A stretch of DNA of 64,000 bases, from positions 2,666,001 through 2,730,000 of the forward strand of contig CM022677.1 of assembly GCA_012295275.1 (NCBI GenBank), read 5' to 3'. The notes below the pieces were generated by a model. The model ran no database searches and had not been told where the DNA came from. It was given only the letters and a program-made list of their open reading frames with translations. Each line of letters begins with the position of its first letter. The stretch's first letter is position 1. This DNA comes from Chrysomallon squamiferum. Taxonomy: Eukaryota > Animalia > Mollusca. The translations under genes and the position numbers were made by a program. Positions 63,872 to 64,000 of this stretch are shown piece after piece.

Positions 63872-64000
63872 GTCATTATCAGATTATTTATTTATTTATT
63901 TATGAACTTTGTTAAAACTGTTACCTGTATAAAGTGTATATGCTCTGTAGCTGTCACAGTTTTGAAAACCAATTGTAAAATTGCCAGAATTGAACTTGAC
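60781..64000 (-). CDS. Type I membrane receptor, copy 2 (3' six exons; 5' part lies beyond the window)
   Basis: Exons 63925->64000 (VKFNSGNFTIGFQNCDSYRAY), 63534-63716 (MSW...YWIGLHR..LLWIDG), 63175-63303 (...VCQK), 62488-62697 (stalk), 61944-62019 (TM) and 60781-61525 (Tyr-rich tail). All in phase, no stops. Confidence 0.88.

Overview
AT-rich, microsatellite-dense eukaryotic (animal) DNA, probably molluscan/gastropod judging by repeat style (inference, not verified). There are no prokaryotic operons, CRISPR arrays or RNA genes. The left half (1-39.6 kb) is a decayed mosaic: LINE, hAT and Tc1/mariner relics, several minisatellites, two partly duplicated minus-strand blocks of spliceable but broken exons (including an RI-type leucine-rich-repeat pseudogene with a 64-bp exonic tandem expansion), and an intronless collagen prolyl 4-hydroxylase alpha pseudogene. 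The right half (40.3-64 kb) is the main signal: a minus-strand tandem array of three copies (one 5' stub, one complete 10-exon gene, one running off the window) of a type I membrane receptor. Its architecture is signal peptide, a C-type-lectin-like domain apparently split by a WSC domain, a second lectin-like domain, an S/T stalk, a TM helix and an 18-Tyr repetitive cytoplasmic tail. Between copies, the two exons of the second lectin-like domain are highly diverged while neighbouring exons are near-identical. The complete copy carries a 1-bp frameshift. Exon boundaries were called by eye from GT-AG sites and reading phase.
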